DNA of 58,906 bases, the filler included, from Porpidia crustulata (taxonomy: Eukaryota): NCBI GenBank assembly GCA_964255105.1. It is 8 parts of 8 records of this genome, joined end to end, with 100 filler letters (N's around TTAATTAATTAA, not from the genome) between each part and the next. Parts side by side here need not be neighbours in the genome. Positions count along the whole stretch, not along the records: positions 22,180 to 29,462 come from CAXUWE010001363.1; positions 29,563 to 36,828 come from CAXUWE010001364.1; positions 36,929 to 44,192 come from CAXUWE010001365.1; 5 more parts are not named here. One strand, given 5' to 3'. Each line of letters begins with the position of its first letter. Position 1 is the stretch's first letter. Shown one piece after another: positions 25,886 to 40,033 of the stretch. The translations under genes were made by a program, and so were the position numbers. The notes under the pieces are model-generated. The model worked only from the letters and a program-made list of their open reading frames with translations, was not told where the DNA came from and ran no database searches.

Positions 25886-28800
25886 ATTGCAGTCGTAAGC
25901 ATTGAGGGATATCGTAGATTATGTACACGCTCTATGATATATCTTCTCTCGGTACGGACAAAGAATGTCGACCGCGAGGTATGTAGTCGCCCCTTGTCGA
26001 GGAGCGTCGTTGTGTCGAAAGAGGAGAGAGGAGGAAGAACTTTGAATTTCTCTCGACATATGGTCGGTCGGGTTGGTCTTGTTGATTGGTAATGTCCTTG
26101 CGAATTGGATCTATTAAGATCCACGGTATTGCTTTGTAAAAGAGAATGCTGTATATACTGTTGCGAGAGAAGACAAAAAGATTGTGATGAGAAAGGAGAA
26201 TGGCTGGGGATAAGTACCTAGGGGGGAAGGTAACCGGCTTCAATACATAGCGTGGTATCGTAATTTATAATCCATTCAACTTACAAGGGAAACCAATCAA
26301 GGGGCTGCGAGGTTTACTCAGCCGTACATGGGATCAACGCATTGATTGGTTTCCAATACTTCTATTTAGTCATATCATCTCTTAACGAAGTCGACGCGGT
26401 TCCTTTGATCGCATAAGAAAGGAGTCATTTCTGCGAAAGACTACTGTTGGTCTTCGTATTTTTTCATTTGAAAACTCTGACCGTTGCAATTTCATTTGTC
26501 TCGTGTGGAAATTACTTGAGGCTCCCCGCGAATTAAGAATCCTTGGGCCGCTACCAAGTGTATGGCTGCCCTACCTGGGATTTGCCTGATCGCAGTAACC
26601 TATCAATCAATGTAAATTCGCTGAGGTACAATGCCACAAAAGAATTGGACTCTAAACTACTCCATGCTGAATATCTCAGGCTTCCATACAGGACGATGTT
26701 ATTTTCACAGCCCTCATGCGAAGCTGCCAGCATGTTCGAGAATAGATCACCGAATACGCTCTGTCAGCATTGCGCATCGACACCCTCTTCCCCAACGCGC
26801 TGAAATGTTAAGTTTGTCAAGAGAAAAACATGTATCCAAAGTCTAAGCCATGTGCTCTGAAGAATGGGTTCGATGATAAAGATGGATTACCGCATACTGC
26901 ATCGTCGCTTGGAAAGTTCTCCTGAAATAGTGTGTCATATCCCTTGGTTGAGAGGAGTCTCGTCATACAAGCTTCTATTTGTGTCGTTTGCAACACCGAC
27001 GGAATGGTTGATGCTCGCCGGCTTCCCACTTCACGAGCATTATACCGGCGATGATCGGTCCTAGCACTTGTGTTCACTACTTATCGATACCAGGTTCCGT
27101 ACTTCTTGTTGCTTTGGGTCGGATTCGTCTTTACCCAAGAGAGGACTCTGTGCGCAGTCGACGCAGGGCCCCAAAAGTGTGGAATCATCACGCTATGGCC
27201 TGGAAGTGCCCATTACTGAGGTAAGTCTGTCTAGAGCTTCACATTTCATGGGCATGGCGTGGCGTTTGCTCGTGCTATTCGCGGAGAATTTAATCGCACG
27301 AGGCTATCTTGAAGCTGTCCAGCGCATCAGGAGTAGCTGAATGCGATGCTAGACAGCCTCACGGTATTGGTTGTTTGTTGCTAGTTGCTCCTCACCGCGA
27401 TTTTTGATTGCAAGGGAGTCTGTTACAACGAGATACGATTGGCGCTTGTGAGAAGAAGATGTCGCTCGACGCTTTCGTATGCATGCCGAATCACGAAAAG
27501 CAGCTTCCCTTCAAACAGCCACCATACGCCCCGTTCCCAAAGATCTACAAGGTTTCTACGAATGTCCCAACCTTTCGGGGAGGATTGCGATTGGTGGGCT
27601 TTGAGTGCGGGAGAGGGGTGCGGTCGTCCAAGCGGCCAGTTCCTGTACGACCCTCCAGAGTGCGCTCACAGACAGATTAGACCAAACCGACCAAACCCTG
27701 CTTCCACCGGGATCTTCGTTCCATGCGCCCGCTGCTTTGATCCAACGCCCCTCTAAGGTACCTAAGTAGGCCACTACGTACTTTAGGTTATGCACCATTC
27801 CGTTCGGCATGCCACTAGAGGACTGGTAGAAGGGTTCTTTGTATGCCAAAATGTAGTTTAGATCTGGTAGGTGGTGTCCATCTAACGTAGACAGCAATTC
27901 TCCTCAAAAGCACGATCATGCAGCTACAACGGTTCTAAATTATAAACTTCATCCAGGTAGGGCGTCAACAGAACTGGATATGCTTTCCAACAACCTTCAG
28001 GCTTCTATGCGTTGCGCCATCACGGAGATATAAAACGTCGAGGGAGCAGTCCGTCTGCGCATGGATGGAAACCCCAAGCGGCCCGCGTTCAAAAGTCGGT
28101 TACCCGTTGCGAACATATGTTGAGATAGTAATAATAATAATAGTCAGTCCGATGTTTGTGGGGTCTTCTACGCTAGTCCTCGCCTATGATTAGGGTTGTG
28201 GAGAGATAAGTAGAGAGCATGTACGTTTACATAGTGGATTACCTGATTCAATTCAGATCATTCTCCAGCACCAAGGTACTCTTATCTTTCCCTTTGTCCT
28301 CAAGATTGATAGCTCTACAATGAGGTTCTCCTAATTTGGGAACGAAGTGTGGCGACTTGTGTTCTCTCAGTAGGAGGCATTCAATGTATCACTGGGAAGG
28401 ATATAACATCTAGCAACAGAAGTTCAATTACAGTCCTATCATGCATGTCGTAAAGAAGAAGAGTTGGAGATGGGGAGTGTATGTGGCGTTTGGTAACATT
28501 GACGCACTTAAAAACATTGCCACTGTATGATATCATCGCATGAGTAAGGCTTGTTGATTTTGAGAATTTCAATTCTTCCCTTGTGGTAGCGAATCCTTGA
28601 GTGTTCAATGAGAGCCCTATATTTATACTTTACTCTGTATTGATCAGGGCGCTGATGACCGAGGATTGTATTCTGCAGCCTTTGCATATTTGGTCTTGGC
28701 TCATAGAGCCTACAGACTCGTTCCATCGACTATTATTGTTGAGCGTCATCTCAACATCTATTCCAAAATCACATGCATGCACCGATGCCTCTTATAGATG

Positions 28801-29462
28801 TCTCCATGTGCATGGCCCAAAAGGTTCTCCTGCCCCCCTAGCTGTCCGGTTCGGTTCTCGTGTTCATCTAAATCGGCCTTGTTTTGTCTACGAAGCCTGC
28901 CTTCTTTGGTTCACAATCTTCTTTTTGTCTGGTGTGGTCGCTTCAATTTGTTTATGCCGGCGTACATGTCAGAGAAAAGAAAAAAAATAGTGATACCAGG
29001 AATGAACCACTAGGAGGGTTGATAATAGCGTGAGCAAAAGGCATAGGATAAGAGTAAAGATAATTTAGAGAGCGAGAAAGAAAGTCGGAGAGGAAGGGTC
29101 GATCATATAACAGGCCGTGTACACTGCAGGAACACAGGGATGAATAAGGGAGCATCAGCCAGGATTTGTGAGTTGTTTGAGGTTTAGTACGGACGAGGTC
29201 TGAGAGCCTGAACTTGGTGGTGAGCCGGTTTGAGTATCTCAAGATAGAGTGGTATGATAGTCTTAGAGATTCGAAATGAATTAGAAAATTTTATGGCTAC
29301 GTAAGTACCTAATATGATTATTACTGACGTTTTATATCGCGAAGCCAAACCATTCGTTTGATATATGTATATATATCATACAATGGGGTATTCGTTAACG
29401 CGGCTGTAATGGTCCAATTTAAGAAGATACCCGTATCCCACTCTTTCCCCTCTCACCCACAC

Positions 29463-29562
29463 NNNNNNNNNNNNNNNNNNNNNNNNNNNNNNNNNNNNNN
29501 NNNNNNTTAATTAATTAANNNNNNNNNNNNNNNNNNNNNNNNNNNNNNNNNNNNNNNNNNNN
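29463..29562. other. Artificial contig spacer
   Basis: 44 N + TTAATTAATTAA + 44 N. Confidence 0.98.
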
Positions 29563-30692
29563 GTCAGGGCTTGTGTGATGGAGCTTACGCGCTTGGGTCG
29601 AGACAGTCCGTTGGTGGCGGGTTCGGCGAGCTTGGTTTGTGCAGTAGATTGCCGTCGAGGATCAGGGATTCGGGTCTAGAGCTTTGATTGTGGGTAATGG
29701 GAATGATGGTTTTTGCATCGTTGAAGGGGAAGAAGATGGTATAAAGATTGGTATTGGTGTTTTGGTGGTGAAAATAGAGTAAACTTATTGGAGGGTGGGG
29801 ACGGCGTAGCTGACGTAGTTGAGGGAAGTGGGTTGGGAGTCTTTGTAGAAATATATGCCGCGAGCATTCAAGTTGTGGCTGTTCAAGACAAAACCACATA
29901 TACGATATTCAACGTGCACGAAGCCATAGAGACTGACGATATAAAGGGGTCTTTGTCAAGATTACCTTTAGCTCGTGATACCAAGCCGCTGCGCTGCTGC
30001 CAGTATATTCAAAGACCATCAATTCCTCTGCGCGGGATCTGGGAAAGAGACAAGGACAAGCTGATTTGATGAGGGAATCTTGGTACGACCGGTTTGTTCC
30101 CGCCGCACGGCCGGAGTAGAAGTTGCGCGAATACATCAGTCAGGCGACGCATTGGATGTGAGACGGGTACCCTAGTTCTCTCACGTAATCGATTTTATTA
30201 CGTTCCACTTCTCCCAAGTCAATCGTTTCGAAGTTACCTCAGTCGAGGTACTATCTCACACTATTTAGAAATGCATCTTCGTAAATTTGTTCCAAGCAGG
30301 CCAGCAGCTCCCGGAACCATGACATTCTGCTGTCGTCAGCTGTGGAGACATCGGAAGAGTTCTTTCTTAGAGTTTTTACTGCCGTAATGATCACATATAA
30401 CAACGTAGATGATGACTTTATGAACCATGTAGGGTCACTGCGTTATATAAAAATAAACGCCTGATAATCTCTTTTCACCAGGAACTAATCAGCACTTGCT
30501 AGGGAATATACGCGTACATTATTCTATCTTGCGACTCTTCCTTAAATTCCATGTCATTAATCGGCCGGCGTCTGGAAACCAAATACGTGCGCAAATACTG
30601 CTCGAAACAAATTCCAAATAAAACAGTCCACGACGCACGTCAAAGGAAAGGGTTGCATCGACAGCTTCTTTCTCGAGAGACCATGGTCAGAT

Positions 30693-33009
30693 TCACTCTC
30701 GCTCCCAGCCCAGTAGCCCAGTCTCTTCACTTCGCTTGAAACTTACCTTGAGACCCTCGGAATGTTTCTCTATGACACTGATCTTTTCCATATCTACCGA
30801 TGCCGAAGATTCTTGAGTATATCCGTTGTAGACCATTGCAAGACTAGAACTTTTCCATATCTGGGTTTTCGTTCGTTTGGATTCCATAATGACAAAGACC
30901 AAAAATGCGTTGCCAAGGACAATTACGGCCATCGGCAAGATCAACCAAATCCAATTGATTTCAACAGGGCTTTGCAAACGGCCCTCACTTCCGCTGATTG
31001 TGAGGTTCGAATTTAATTGGTAGAGCATTGTGAGACTTGTAGCTACGTTGGCCATGAGATCGGGAAAACTTGAACTCTTATCAATGAACCCCATCGCATC
31101 CGTAGCGTAGACCGACGTAGGTTCCGCATTGGGAACGCCTGGGACATTAAAAATATTTGGTATCGGCTCGAACACCTCCAAGCTTTCAGGATAATTTCCA
31201 TAACCTTGAATAACGCTGAAATTTCCTGTCAAAATGTCCGCAATTAGTGCTATGCTGCCGACAGATTAATATATAGATTTTTTCAGGTCCTTGTAGAGTA
31301 CTTTGTCATCTATCGTATTAACCCAATAGGTTGAAATTATCATTTCGCTACCGGCGTCAAAATTGAGAGGGTCAGACCAGATCCATATATCTTTAAGCCA
31401 AGAGATCCAGGAAGCATTCCAAACATCACCCTTGGCGAGCACTGTGCTATACCAGTGATCGACATCGGCGGCTGGGTAATATGGAGTTTGTAATAACGAA
31501 AGGTTGTTGTGAGCTGCAGTATATGTAGTAGGCACGTACACGAGATGTCCAAAGTCTGTCTCCAAAGTCGTGATGATGGGATCGTAATCTTTCACCGATA
31601 TCTGGTACTTTTGACGCAAGGTGTGAGTGAACAGGTAATTGCTTCTTTGATGCTCTCCTTCCCATGCAGTTTAATTGAAGAAAAATTGAGGGAGACATAT
31701 CCAAATGTAACTAACGGATCGATGATTCCGTCAAAGGTCGAATATATCATATGTATGTAATAAGAGTCATTAGGTATATAGTTCAATGGCCACACTAGTG
31801 ATCTAGGTAGTGTTGCCATGGAGTTATTTTTGCAGCGGTTGATTGGTTCCCAAGACCCATGAAGTTCGATTTGTGTAAGAACCGATCAGCCACCAGGCAC
31901 TGTGAATTCACATTGTTCATAATGCGTTTGACCAATAATGCATCCGGATATTGCCGAACTTAAATCGCAGCCTTCCACTTGGATCAAGTCTTTGATATCG
32001 GTGCACTTACTGCACCACGCAGTAGATCGAAAAGGTGCCCAAGTACAATTTCCACTTAGACACTGGAGCATGGGTTGAGGTCGAGTGCCCGCCAGAGCAG
32101 CATTCAAGGCAATCCGAATGCCGGCAACTGAAGGTGCAGAGATTAGATCACACCTAGAATCATGGAAGAGAATGCTGCTTACTGCTAGGATTACTGTCGC
32201 CACCAAATCCGAAACTCCGACTGTAATTGATAAATGTAGTATCAAGTTGTGTCGCCACAGTCTGAAGTGGATACTTAAAAACCTGCTGTACAAGCGGGTC
32301 TATCCCTAGCGAGGTCAAAATTACAAGAGCCCCAAAAGACGCTATTGATCTGGAAGCATCTCTTAGTGTAACCAGGCATCGCGTCCATTAGAAACCTACC
32401 TTGGACTCCCGCTACCAAGCATGATGAGATCGCCAAGAGGTCCACGGCTCGCATCATCGAATTTCTGGATGTCTTTCATCTTTCGACTTCAACGGTTAAA
32501 CCAGATCCATTTGTATTGATTTAAGGCTGCCGACACCGCAAAGAGTAAGGCAGTCTTTGCCGACGTAGCAAGAATGGATACGATTGCATTGAGCTGCGAA
32601 GTCAGCTTTGGAGAGTAGACTGGTCTGAAGCTCTTACTGTAATGGAAAGGGTCATTTTTGGCACCGGGTGCCTTTCGTAAATACACAGGATGACAATTAT
32701 CGCGAAGAGGCAAGTGATACTGATTAATCCGCAGACAGATTCCCACAGCCACGAGTCAGTACGTGCACTCCAATTCCATTTCCGGTCATAATGTGACCGC
32801 TCTTCCTCTGCGTTTAGAAGCGATTGTGAGATCTCAGGAGTGGCTTTTCCAGTAACGTTAAAGGCGCGATACCTGCTTTTCAGCCAAGTTCATACAATAA
32901 TAATATTGGCTTTCAAGATTGACGACCTACGTCTTGTAGCTGTGTCTGTCGTTTGATCTTGCTTAGCGATATCTTGATAGCTGTGCTCTGAAGAAACTCG
33001 GCGGAACAT
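30693..33009 (-). pseudogene. DUF3176-family membrane protein, disrupted
   Basis: Motifs SWLWESV...IT|LNAIVSIL...LNQYKWIWF...FDDASRGPLG, IDPLVQQ, CLSGNCTW...CSKCTD and WIWLILP...IWKSSSLA. In-frame stops at 32489-32491 (TGA), 31886-31888 (TGA) and 31266-31268 (TAA), plus a frameshift in an A-run near 31610. The 5' boundary is approximate. Confidence 0.85.
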
Positions 33010-34792
33010 GATCTTACAAACGGTACAGACTGAGAAGCGAGGCAATTGAATACAGAGGATAATCTATCATATAATTATTTTGGGCTGCAAGCAGAATTCC
33101 AAAGGACATCCGACTGAATTATCTAGCGTAGTCTCAACCATGTAGGATTCCGGATCGCACTTTTAGATTGGATCATAAGCATTCGTGGAACATTGCGCGA
33201 CAGTGATATTGAACTTTCGAGTTGAACATCGTGGATTAATGAGTCCACGTTCGTACCGATCAAGACCCAACTTTGAATGCGAGTACAGAGACAATCAAGA
33301 AAGGTTGTAAACTGGTCGCTGGGAGTCGTTGTTGCGCCTGTTCGTGCTGTCTTCGAGTTTCCCTAAAATCCCGAGATCAGGTCTGATCGGGCATAACGAA
33401 TGTTTGCTAAACTAAGTATGTAGTTTTCCGCGGAGACTGTAAGGAATCCTCTACCCTCGCGGAGTGCACCATTTCGACTGGTTGATTATGGAGCCTCTTT
33501 CTGCTAGTATCTTACTTGGAGGCGACACACATCATTCTAAGATCGCTAGTGGTGATCATTCTCTTTGTCTTGATGTGGAATGATAATTCCGCCGCCCATT
33601 CGCGCGAAAGTTGACAGCTCTCCTCTATGCAGATAAGTTCAAGCGCTTCACTATGATTCAGCTATCTTCATGCAAATTAACCGTTCGTGAGAGGTTTCAA
33701 TGCCCCCGTGAAGTAACAATAAAGAACTGAAGGCTAAGTGGGTAAAGGAACAGTTTCGTAGAAACAATATGAAGAGATACTGGATTCTTGAAGACGGGTA
33801 AGAAAGCTGCCCTGGACAGTCTGTTCATATCAAATGCCTTTGGCCTAGGATGCGGCCAAGCACCATTCACAAGGCATCTTTATGAAATAAGATAAAGTAG
33901 GCCTGATGCGCCGTAAGTATTTCAATGGCTGACCATTCTAGCTGTTTAAGAATTTGTACGGCAAATCACGTCTGTTGAGTAAATCATTCCAGACGACGAC
34001 CTGAGCATTACGGCCAAACTGGATCACACCTCTGTTTGGGTAGTGAGACTCTTTTGGTCCAGGAGTCTCAGCAAACGACTACCAGCGGAAAGTAATCAAC
34101 TTGACGGACAGGGTCGGAGGACGGCTACGAAGTTCAGACAGCACGCAGCAGCGGGACAACGTAAAGCCAGAGATGATAGATCGAACTGAAAGAGCGCGGG
34201 ACTAATCAAGGCTGAGCGAGAGGAGTATCGACCACCAATCTTCAAGTCTAGGAGAATGGAATATCAGACAGCCTAGTGGCTATGCTCTTAGTAACGTTGG
34301 GTCCACCAGGGAAACATCTCATGCATAGGGAGTAGACCCGGAGAGTAACAGCGGGATGTTCAGGCCCACAGAAGATACTGTTGTCCAAAGAGAAGCATAG
34401 GATATATCGCATGGAAAAGTCTGAGAATGCTGAAGCCCTAAAAGTGATAGGGAGAGCTCGTCAAAGGAAAGACTTTAATAGAGAACGATATCTAGATCTT
34501 CCATATTGTTCCGTATGCAAATGAGAGATATACAGATAGTCGTTGCATGGCATGATTAGCAAATAATACAGTAGGACATCGTTGGGAGAATTCCATACAT
34601 CTTGAAGTTGAGAATCTTTTTGTTGTTGACGACGGATAAACAAAGAAATTCGACTGCCAAGCCTTCTGACCTCCCTGTTACAAACCGTCCTCGTTATCCG
34701 TGCCCCTTTAATCCCCATCTCCAACTGCTAAGTGATTCCCAGACCATCAGTCGCTGAACTGTCATGATCGGTTCTCTCTAAAATGTTCGTCA

Positions 34793-35626
34793 ATGGAACC
34801 CTTACACAGACGGCATGGCGCCCTCAGTTCTCAACGATGGGACACGGCAATTCGCCTCGTAGCAGTGGCTACAGGTGTAGCTGCCGTGGGGTGTCTTTCA
34901 TGGACTACCGCGACAGGTCCACATGCTAAGGATCATTATGTCTGGGATTGACAAGAAGTACCTTGGGATCTGCTACCTGTAAGCAATATCGCCTGCGCCC
35001 GACTATCTAGCGAAGCACTGATGGCTCAATCGTTGGCAGCTTGGGTTATCTATCATTTGGAACGTGATCAACCTCTTCGTCTTGTTATTTGGTCGGTCTC
35101 TACATCCTGGTGTTACTCTCGCACTCGATCTTTTCCTCTGGATCGCTTTGATTGTGGGAGGTCTAATCGCAACCACGAGCGCAACCCAAACCCTCCAGTG
35201 GAAAGCGGCACAATACTACAACGATGCCCTATCTGGACATGATGGATACTATACGCATGAGGGAAGGAACGACGGTGGCTTAGTTTGGGTACCTCCCAAG
35301 AATGTGACGATATGCTCAGGCTTCGGCAGCTGCACCGAGCAGGATACCTTTACTGGTTGGACACACCATCGGGCCGTTTTAGAACTGGTGGCTTGCGTTT
35401 TCACATGGGTAGCTGTGTACGTTTCACTCGTACGTGCCTAGAAAGCTTTCAAACTGACCAACCCTTCTACATCAGCGTCTGCCACTTTGTCCTCTTCGTT
35501 AGAGCCTGTATCACCACGCACAGATATAAGAAACGTAAAAGGAGCACTCGGACTGATGCGCTGACTCAGAAACCGAGACCAGGAGGCACGGAGAAGAGTC
35601 AACCAATGCCTGCAAGATACGCATAG
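34793..35626 (+). pseudogene. Small 4-TM (MARVEL-like) membrane protein with one premature TGA, 3 exons
   Basis: ATG 34793 MEPLHRR...IRLVAVATGVAAVGCLSW...HYVWD, TGA 34949-34951, then QEVPWDLLP. Intron 34979-35039, then LGLSIIWNVINL...RSLHPGVTLALDLFLW. Second intron, then VCHFVLFVRACITTHR to TAG 35626. Confidence 0.7.
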
Positions 35627-36828
35627 GCGTCTAGGGTAGACGTAAAAGGCATTTACCAAGAGAAATACACTTGTCGGGTGATTTCAAAAGCTCAAGAATA
35701 GTCTTGGACGTGTCATCGAGTCAAGAAGTCAACGGGATGCGCCAGGTCAATGTTCTAATGATGCTTTATTGGTCGACAAAGTCATCCGGCAAACTGTGCG
35801 ACAGGCTCACATTCAAGGACCTGCATGCGCTAGCCTGCGAGTAGTCTTAATAGGCGAATGAAATATTCGCGGATCATAAGATGCAGGTATCCATCAAGGA
35901 GATTGAAACAGCAATCTGCCCCATGCAAAGCCCAATAAGCGAAGGTGTCAAGAAAAGCTGTGTGAAATCTAAGCTGTCAGGCGACATAGCTGGTGTCACT
36001 ATCGCCGGCGACACAAAGAAGCATACCTCGCTGCTCCTCTTCTATTTGAGTTTTCTGTCCTGTCTCGGAAACTCTCCCCACTAAGGATTAATTGAAACCG
36101 CCGAGTAGTTACACGCCAACATCTATCTTCATTCGCCCATCGGAATGGCGGAGCCCTTGGTACTCTACATTGATACTGTCTTCCGGTAAAACCATGGCTT
36201 GAGGGCGTTATGCTGAGCTACGCCGATCCAGTCTCTGTGCTATCATTCGGGCTAGTCGGTCTTGTATATCAGACTCATGGACCGAACATGAACTTAGGAA
36301 AGAAAGGAACGAGATGCTAAGGGTATGGCCGGATACAACAGGTCATAGGGCGGCTGTTGGAAAGTGTGGCATGTGAGCAAAAGTCATAACAGTGGCTGTG
36401 GGTAGATAAACTATAGCTTCTGTGTCGAACATTATATTTGCGACCAAAATGATTTACTCATCTATGTTCAATCCCCATTTGAATTCCTTCCCCAAGCTCT
36501 GAGTCGCCCACATCCATTTCAACAAGTATTCCAAGATACATAACTAGGAACCACTCGGACCATGTCGCAAACAGCATCATGAAGAGATCTTCACTTCGCC
36601 CGTCTATCTATGGGTCAAAATTGGCTGCTTCTTGAATTCACTAGTTGCTCTATTCATCCTAACATCGTATATCTATGTCCCGTCTATTGTCATGATCATT
36701 TCAAAATTCCCCAACAATCCGTTCATAATGTCAAGTTTTCAAACGTCCGAGGCCATGAGAAAGGGATGAGTACCAAACCGATGGCCTCTCCACTATCCTC
36801 GGCCTCCTCCCTTCACCCTACGTTTTAC

Positions 36829-36928
36829 NNNNNNNNNNNNNNNNNNNNNNNNNNNNNNNNNNNNNNNNNNNNTTAATTAATTAANNNNNNNNNNNNNNNN
36901 NNNNNNNNNNNNNNNNNNNNNNNNNNNN
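36829..36928. other. Artificial contig spacer
   Basis: 44 N + TTAATTAATTAA + 44 N. Confidence 0.98.
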
Positions 36929-37396
36929 GGTCGCTGGGTCGAGGAATGAGTTGTAAAAAGGGTTGTACGTTATTGGATGTGCTGGAGGATACCCACACTA
37001 TGGAGTTGTGCTGCGCGGCGGTATGCTCGATGTAGTCAGCGTTGAAGTCACGTCGAGTCTCTGACAATGTTTTTATTCGGGGAAATCAAGCTTTTGACTG
37101 GCTACATACTCGTGGCGGAAATGAGGAACGGTGAACGCTAAATACAGGCCAGGAACTGACGGATAACTTTGTACGTGCTGAACGAAAATGGGAAAACCGA
37201 AGCCTGCAGAGACCCATGCTAAACACGACTTCGAAGGCGATCGGATCATTGTCGTCTGTATTAATTCACCTGTTGTAAACAACAAACGTATGTGCCTTCG
37301 CTGAGCGGAGATGGAAAAAACCGACATGCTGCCGTAGAAATGCGTTCAATGCTGTATGTGCGTTTCACTTGCTAGCCGCCATGAGAAATCGTGACT

Positions 37397-39057
37397 TCAT
37401 TCCTTTCCCCTCACCAACTCTTTCAATCTCTTCTCAAGCACTTGCCTGCCCTCGAATGTCCGCCAGACCTCGTGTGGGGCGCCGCCGACTACGTCCCAAG
37501 CGACTAAGTTGCTCGTGATCGTGGTCAGATCTTGCTGTTTATCGTTCCACTCCCTGTCCTTTCTCGTCATGATCCCGGAGCTGACTATCACCAGCGGAGT
37601 GGCAGGGTCCAGGATGCTTCTTGACTGTACAGCCTCGTTCTTGGTGAGCGAGGTCGCAACGAGGTTCTCCTGCAGCTTGGCCTTGACGTACTTGCCACTC
37701 TGGTAAGCCGACTTGCCGTAAATACGATCTTCCCTGGTACGGCCTTTGAAAAGCGCGCCGGGGAGACGGTCCCAGCCGAGAGGGGAGATGACACCACGAA
37801 GCCATAGCATGAACCCTCGGCCTGGGCTACCAATGCGGCTGAGTAGGTCTTCGTGCAATCCATCGATGAGGATCATGCCATGGATTTGGGAGGGATGTCT
37901 CGCTGCGAAGATGCGGCTGTAGATGCTGCCGATACCGGCTGAAACGAGCACCCATGGCTTTTCCACGTTGGCATCAATCAAAGCCTCGGTGAAAGAGTCG
38001 GCAGTCATGCCAGCAGAGTGAGGAGATGGTGCATTATCAGACCATGCTATACCAGGACGATCATAGTAACAGTATCGATCGATGGTCCCATTTTGGTATG
38101 CGTTATAGACCCAATCATCAAGGGTACCTTCGAATGGACGTTCGCCAGCTTCGCAAAGAACGGTTGGATTACGCTTGCCCTCGGCATTGTAGGTGACTTC
38201 GCCAACGCATGCCAGGTGGATCTCGTATTTGCCTCCGTCGACGTAGTACCGTTCACCCGGAGGAGCCAAGGAAGCATCTCGTGAACGTAAGATAAGCGTG
38301 GCGGTCAATAGGATGACAACAACAATTTGCACGACCATGATAACGAAGGATGCCATAACAGCGAGCCATTCCTTCAAACTGCGACGGTTCTCCTGGCGTC
38401 CAGTGAGGCGCTCTTCCTCTTCTTTCTTTCCCCATGCCACCACACGGTCCGTAAGAACATTGTACAAGGCGATCACGGTGGCCCAGATGACGGATGCGAT
38501 GCCCACCCATCCTTCCTCGGCGCGCAGACGCTGCACAGCGAGGACGATGATCATGTCCACTAGCAGTAGGCCTGCAACGACAAGGCTCGATATCTCCATT
38601 ACCTTAGATGGGGTGGTGAAGAAAAGGAGGGCGACGAGAAGATTCCCGACAGTCAGGGTGGTGTAGGAAAAGTCGAAGAAGCCCGATCCACGGGAGTTCA
38701 TCTTCGGTGGGCTGACGAAAGTGGATACAAGGAGCACTATCCACCAGAGAAAGCTGATGATGAGGAAGAGTATCATGAAGTAGCGTAAAGCTCTGACACT
38801 CCACAAATTGTAGGGAGACACCTACGAAAGACGAATTAATTTGTGGTAATTACTCCAGTGTCTGAATCACTTACAGCTGGGTCATCTGGGTCGAGATAGC
38901 CGTCACCGCGAGGCGGTAGTAGACGTGTACGTTCATCTGGTTCTCTTCCTCCTGAGGGACGAATGTTGTGCCTGCTGTCCTCTCCGTTGGTGGGGGTTTC
39001 ATCGCCATCTTCAGGACGGTCGTCGCCATCATTCTTCGAGCCCCATAAGGAAACCAT
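37397..39057 (-). CDS. Integral membrane protein with C-terminal alpha/beta-hydrolase-like domain, 2 exons (39057-38875, 38821-37397)
   Basis: MVSLWGSK...DERTRLL...YLDPDDPA|VSPYNLW across intron GTAAGT...TAG. About 5 TM helices, then IHLACVG, YCYYDRPGIAWSD, WVLVSAGIGSIYSRIFA and C-terminal GAPHEVW. Confidence 0.9.
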
Positions 39058-40033
39058 AATGAGATGCAGTAAAGGTACTCTGTAGCTCACAATACAATGA
39101 ACAACGAACAGAAGCTGTCCGAGAATTAGAGGAGTGAAAAGTTGACTGAAGGCAAGGATCGGGCTTTGGCTATGAGGCTTGGCTAATAGCCAATGACGTC
39201 GCTGGATTGCTCGTTTGAACTTGGAAGAGCTACAGTACTACTTTCCTATGACAACATAACAATAAGAACAAGAAGATGATGCTCTTGAAAGGTAAGAGAG
39301 CCAGTGATTGACTGATTGATTATGTGCAGGCTGGAAGAGGGGAAGTGAGAGAGGTCAAACGAGAGTAGAAAGGCTCTCCCCGCTGCCACTTCTATGCTAG
39401 AGAAGGTCGAGGACGTTGTGTAAAGTAGAGGGTGATAAGATACATCGCGTCTCAGGATAGAGACAACCCCGCAGTGGCCAGCCCCCGAATCGACTGCAAC
39501 GATCTGCGGCAAAGCTTTTTACTCCCAACGTCAACGCATGTCACATGTTGCTCCCAGCTCGCACACTAAAAGTAGCTTCCAGCTATTCCCAAACAGTCAA
39601 CATATATAAGGAAGATACCCCCTGCTGCTAAGTTGGCCAGCTCGACTGCAATGACGACCTTTCCCTCAGCAGATATCGGAGAATCACAGATTGGAAACAC
39701 ATGGGATACGAGGTCATGATCCACATCAGATGGTGGATTGTGGATAGTTCAGATGATCTCATGAGATGTACAAGGAGGGATTCTATTGAGCTTGTAGCAG
39801 AAGCTGGAGACAACTAGATTGTCTGAGAATAGAACAAAGTTGTTGACATCGCTGTGTACCTGGTTCTTTCCCAAACGAGGGATCTTATACAGAACGGCAT
39901 TCATATGAGATCAGTCCTGAGGGCCTGACTGTCCTTCTACGATTCAATGCCCCACCTACCCTTGCCAAATGTTAACAAACTACTCCACATGCTGCAAGTC
40001 TCTGCTGTTCTCCCCGTTCTGAACCAGGCAAGC

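Noticed and set aside
27556..27897. HET-domain fragment suggested by LWRVVQEL
   Set aside because: No other HET motifs (YxALSYxW, WIDxxCI) are found nearby, so the match is too weak.
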